From positions 4,367-68,366 of the forward strand of contig CAVVLW010000011.1 of assembly GCA_963749205.1 (NCBI GenBank): a DNA stretch of 64,000 nt. Direction: 5' to 3'. This document shows, one piece after another, positions 61,155 through 64,000 of this stretch. The position numbers and the translations under genes were made by a program. Within the stretch, counting starts at the first letter, position 1, and each line of letters opens with the position of its first letter. This stretch comes from an uncultured Thermoplasmata archaeon (GTDB lineage: Archaea; Thermoplasmatota; Thermoplasmata; Lutacidiplasmatales; UBA184). The notes beneath the pieces are model-generated. The model was not told the DNA's origin. It searched no databases and saw only the letters and a program-made list of their open reading frames with translations.

Positions 61155-62173
61155 GGTTCGGCGTCCTCACGGGCGGGGGAGACTGTCCGGGGCTCAACCC
61201 GGCAATCCGCGCCATCGTCCAGCGGTCCGCCCTCTTCGGCCACGAGACCGTGGGATTCCTCGACGGCTGGAAAGGACTCCGCGACGACCTCTCGCGTCCG
61301 CTCGACCTCGCGAGCGTTCACGGCCTCCTCGCACGCGGTGGAACGATCCTCGGAACTTCCCGGACGAACGCGTTCGCCAAAGAGGCCGACGCGGCGCGGG
61401 TCGTCGCGACGCTCGCCCGGCACAGGATCGACGCGCTGGTCGCGGTCGGGGGAGACGATACCCTCTCTGCGGCGCGAGAACTCCATCGACGGGGAGGAAA
61501 GGTTGTCGGGGTCCCGAAAACGATGGATAACGATGTGGCGGGGACCGACTGGACGTTCGGCTTCCATTCGGCGGTCGCGGTCTCGGTCGATGCGCTCGAA
61601 CGGTTGCGGGACACGGCTGACAGCCACCGCCGGGCGATCGTGCTCGAAGTGATGGGTCGCCACGCCGGATGGGTCGCCCTCGCGACCGGCCTCGCAGGCG
61701 GGGCGGACGCGACCCTGCTTCCCGAGGAGCCGTTCGATGAGGAACTCCTGTTCGCGAAGGTCCGCCGGGCCATCGCCGCCCGCGGATACGCGCTTGTCGT
61801 AACGAGCGAAGGGATCGAGCTCGGCCCTCGGAAGGGTGCCCCCGGAGCGAAGGACGAGTTCGGTCACGAACTCCTGCGGGAGCGGGAGGTCGGAGCGGAG
61901 CTCGCCCGGCGCATCCAGGAGCGGACCGGTGTGGAGTCTCGCAGTGCCCAGATCGGTCACATCCAACGTGGAGGGTCGCCCGAACTCTTCGACCGGATCC
62001 TCGCCACCCGGCTCGGCGCGGGCGCGGTGGACCTCGCGCTGGCCGGCCGGTTCGGGGAGGTGGCGGTGCTCCGGGGACCGTCGGTGGTCGGCATTCCCCT
62101 CGACGACGCGCTCGGGACCACGAAGACCGTCTCGGCGGACTGGCTCGACCTGTTGCACACTTTCGACGCCTAG
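61151..62173 (+). CDS. pfk: 6-phosphofructokinase, PfkA family, with PPi-type specificity residues
   Basis: GVLTGGGDCPGLNPAIRAIV, VGGDDT (61448-61462), PKTMDNDV (61514-61534), MGRHAG, ...HIQRGG... GTGA overlap with the pepP stop. Confidence 0.85.
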   Translation: MRFGVLTGGGDCPGLNPAIRAIVQRSALFGHETVGFLDGWKGLRDDLSRPLDLASVHGLLARGGTILGTSRTNAFAKEADAARVVATLARHRIDALVAVGGDDTLSAARELHRRGGKVVGVPKTMDNDVAGTDWTFGFHSAVAVSVDALERLRDTADSHRRAIVLEVMGRHAGWVALATGLAGGADATLLPEEPFDEELLFAKVRRAIAARGYALVVTSEGIELGPRKGAPGAKDEFGHELLREREVGAELARRIQERTGVESRSAQIGHIQRGGSPELFDRILATRLGAGAVDLALAGRFGEVAVLRGPSVVGIPLDDALGTTKTVSADWLDLLHTFDA

Positions 62174-62181
62174 GGAGGCCG

Positions 62182-63176
62182 ATGCCGGTTCGGGCGCTCT
62201 GGTACCGTAACGGAACTCTCTTTCTTCTCGACCAGCGAGAGCTCCCCTCCCGGACGGTCGTCCGCCGACTTCGGACGCTGCGGGCGACCGCCGACGCCAT
62301 ACGCACGATGGCGGTTCGGGGCGCTCCGTCGATCGGGGTGGCCGCCGCGTACGGGATGGTCCTCGGACAGCGGGAGGGGATCTACACCCCCGAGCGGGCG
62401 GCGAGGGTGCTTCGGGCGACCCGCCCGACCGCGGTCGACCTGTTCGTCGGGATCGAGACCGTGCGACGCGCCTGGGCCTCGGGCGAAGACCCACAGGTCT
62501 CCGCGGATGCCTACCGCGCCCGGATCGTGGAAGAGTGTCACCAGATCGGGGTCGCTGGAGCCCCTCTGCTCGCCGACTCGAAGCGGGTCCTGACGCATTG
62601 CAACGCCGGCGCCCTCGCGACGGTCGAATGGGGCACGGCCCTCGCACCGATTCGGGTGGCCCGGGACCGGGGAGCGAAACTGTTCGTCTGGGTCGACGAG
62701 ACTCGCCCCCTCCTCCAGGGCGCCCGCCTCACCGCCTGGGAGCTGGCGCGCGAACGAATCCCGCACGCGGTCATCGCCGACAACGCCGCCGGCCACTTCT
62801 TCCGAACCGGACAGGTGGACGCGGTCATCGTCGGAGCCGACCGGATCGCCCGGAACGGAGATTTTGCGAACAAGATCGGAACGTATGAGAAGGCCGTGGT
62901 CGCCCGGGAGAACGGGGTGCCGTTCTATGTCGCGGCCCCGTGGAGCACGTTCGACGCCGCGCCGCGCCACGGGCACGGCGATCCCCGTAGAGGAACGCGC
63001 CGAGTCCGAGGTGCTCGAGTACGGAGGGCGACGGACGACGCCCGCTACGGTCCCACGCCCGGAACCCCGCCTTTGACGTGACGCCGGCGAAGTACGTCAC
63101 CGCCTTCGTCACCCCGCTCGGTGTCGTTAGACCCCGAGCGCTCGCGCGCGCCCTATCGGACCGGGGGCGCACGTGA
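62182..63176 (+). CDS. mtnA: aIF-2B-like isomerase (methylthioribose-1-phosphate isomerase MtnA / ribose-1,5-bisphosphate isomerase family); frame changes near 62940-63060
   Basis: MPVRALWYRNGTLFLLDQRELP...MAVRGAPSIGVAAAYGMVL...HCNAGALAT...GARLTAWEL...AVIVGADRIARNGDFANKIGTY...; C-terminal ...NPAFDVTPAKYVTAFVTPLGVV in a shifted frame. GGGAGG box precedes the ATG. Confidence 0.8.
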
Positions 63177-63186
63177 GTCGCGCGCC

Positions 63187-63339
63187 CTAGAAAGTGAGCA
63201 GCGGCCGGCCGAGGAACTGTTCGGTGCCGTGGAGGAACGACCCGATGGCCGACATGACATCGACCCCGAGGTGGTTCAGCGCGAGTACGAGGCCGAGGAC
63301 GGCCATCACCGAAATAAACCAGCTCATTACCGCGGTCAT
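63187..63339 (-). CDS. possible small membrane protein (50 aa)
   Basis: MTAVMSWFISVMAVLGLVLALNHLGVDVMSAIGSFLHGTEQFLGRPLLTF; the rest of ORF 63187..63519 is arginine-rich and probably non-coding. Confidence 0.25.
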   Translation of the reverse strand: MTAVMSWFISVMAVLGLVLALNHLGVDVMSAIGSFLHGTEQFLGRPLLTF

Positions 63340-63548
63340 CGTCTTCACCGGCTCGGGCGGAGGTCTGTTCCGGCGCTTCCGATACATAAATCGCGACCTC
63401 GACTCGCACGACGGGTTGCGCGGCCACGACGTTCGGGCTCGGTCGAACGCGCGCGCGCAGCGCGCGCTCGGGCGCGGGCGCGGGCGCGTCGGCGCGCGAG
63501 CACGTTCGGCAAGATTCATACCATGCAGTGGTTAGGCCAGCGGGGTTG

Positions 63549-63654
63549 CCCTGGTAGTCTAGCGGTCTAGGATGTAGGTCTGTCGAGCCTGCGACTCGGG
63601 TTCGAAGGCGCGGAGGGGTCGCCCCCCTCCGCCCGGAACTCCCGACCAGGGCGC
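63549..63654 (+). tRNA. tRNA-Asp (anticodon GTC) with a 33-nt intron (63608-63640) between nucleotides 59 and 60 of the T-loop
   Basis: Exons 63549-63607 + 63641-63654 = 73 nt. Fold: acceptor GCCCTGG/CCAGGGC; D-arm GTCT-AGCGGTCTA-GGAT; anticodon arm TAGGT-CTGTCGA-GCCTG (U33, GUC, G37); variable loop CGAC; T-arm TCGGG-TTCGAA^T-CCCGA; discriminator G. The intron itself folds as GCGGAGGGG-tcgcc-CCCCTCCGC. Confidence 0.8.
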
Positions 63655-63726
63655 CTCCCTACCCGGGATGGGCCGTTCGCCGCGGCGGCCCCCCACCCCT
63701 TATCCTGCCAGAGACATCTCTACATC

Positions 63727-64000
63727 GTGGCCGACGCCAAGAAGGTCGAGAAGGAGAGCTCGTCCCCCTACCTCTCCCACATCGTCGGCGATACGCTTCG
63801 GGACCTGACCGAAAAGCGCCTCGCCGAGCTCGTGCGGACCGAACCGGTCCCGAAGCACCTCGCGATCATCATGGACGGCAACCGTCGGTTCGCGGGCGAG
63901 CGCGGCCTGGATGTCCAGGACGGCCACCAAGCGGCCGGGACACTCTCGAGGAACTCCTCAACTGGTGCCTCGACCTCCAAATCCGGATCCTGACGGTCTA
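63727..64000 (+). CDS. uppS: undecaprenyl/di-trans,poly-cis-prenyl diphosphate synthase (UppS), 5' part; frame change near 63930; continues beyond the window
   Basis: ...[24 protein letters not shown] (cis-prenyltransferase motif), and in the next frame ...[20 protein letters not shown]. Confidence 0.8.

Noticed and set aside
60047-62173. 708-aa ORF 60047..62173 as a PepP-PFK fusion
   Set aside because: pfk has its own GTG start (61151) overlapping the pepP stop region. The apparent fusion is a frame artefact of the same indel problem.
63538-63660. Possible SRP RNA / RNase P fragment or transcription terminator hairpin (GCGGAGGGG…CCCCTCCGC)
   Set aside because: The hairpin is fully explained as the intron of a tRNA-Asp whose exons assemble into a canonical cloverleaf. 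No SRP helix-8 or RNase P P4 consensus could be aligned.
1-64000. CRISPR arrays, rRNA genes, prophage blocks
   Set aside because: No short direct-repeat arrays with unique spacers, no rRNA-like conserved stretches and no phage structural gene clusters were found on reading both strands. The only exact repeat noted is the 15-bp IS target duplication.
1-64000. Haloarchaeal origin (suggested by about 68% GC)
   Set aside because: Encoded proteins are not acid-shifted. Prefoldin, fumarase and MscL have ordinary Lys/Arg content, unlike halophile proteomes.

Overview
This 64-kb window has about 68% GC and reads as a chromosomal segment of a non-halophilic, high-GC archaeon. Lineage is not resolved; Thermoplasmatota-like or another euryarchaeal lineage is a guess. 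The archaeal identity rests on TFB, aIF5B, prefoldin beta, KEOPS Pcc1, aIF2B-like MtnA, TATA-like promoters with leaderless starts, and a tRNA with a bulge-helix-bulge-type intron. Most of the window is densely packed housekeeping genes on both strands, often with 4-nt ATGA/GTGA overlaps.

Notable items:
1. Many genes (25+) are recognisable only by joining two or three reading frames. At least one break is a homopolymer length change that destroys the second NPA motif of the aquaporin. Systematic indel error in the assembly is the likeliest cause, with genuine pseudogenes as the alternative.
2. A complete bacterial-type oxidative pentose-phosphate cluster: tkt, fused tal-pgi, HAD phosphatase, gnd, zwf (canonical RIDHYLGKE motif) and pgl, with a divergent ROK/PPGK-like glucokinase.
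3. A PfkA-family phosphofructokinase carrying the GGDD and PKTxDND residues typical of PPi-dependent enzymes, in a tightly overlapped operon gcvPA-gcvPB-pepP-pfk followed by mtnA/e2b2.
4. An intron-containing tRNA-Asp(GTC) with a 33-nt intron at the non-canonical position 59/60 in the T-loop, and an intron-less tRNA-Gln(TTG).
5. An IS481-like insertion sequence with about 23-bp imperfect terminal inverted repeats and an intact 15-bp target-site duplication, inserted next to a VapBC toxin-antitoxin pair.
6. A NAD kinase translationally coupled to an IMPase-family phosphatase, the split form of the fused archaeal NADK/NADP-phosphatase.
7. A run of minus-strand genes: a tandem pair of KaiC-like ATPases (one with a degenerate Walker A), dinB, galT, infB.
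8. A B12-binding-like radical SAM protein flanked by a small Zn-ribbon ORF, a CBS-XRE regulator and a JAMM/MPN protein.
9. Several hypothetical proteins.

No CRISPR array and no rRNA gene were seen. All boundaries are +/-1-3 nt. Frame-shift coordinates are approximate.
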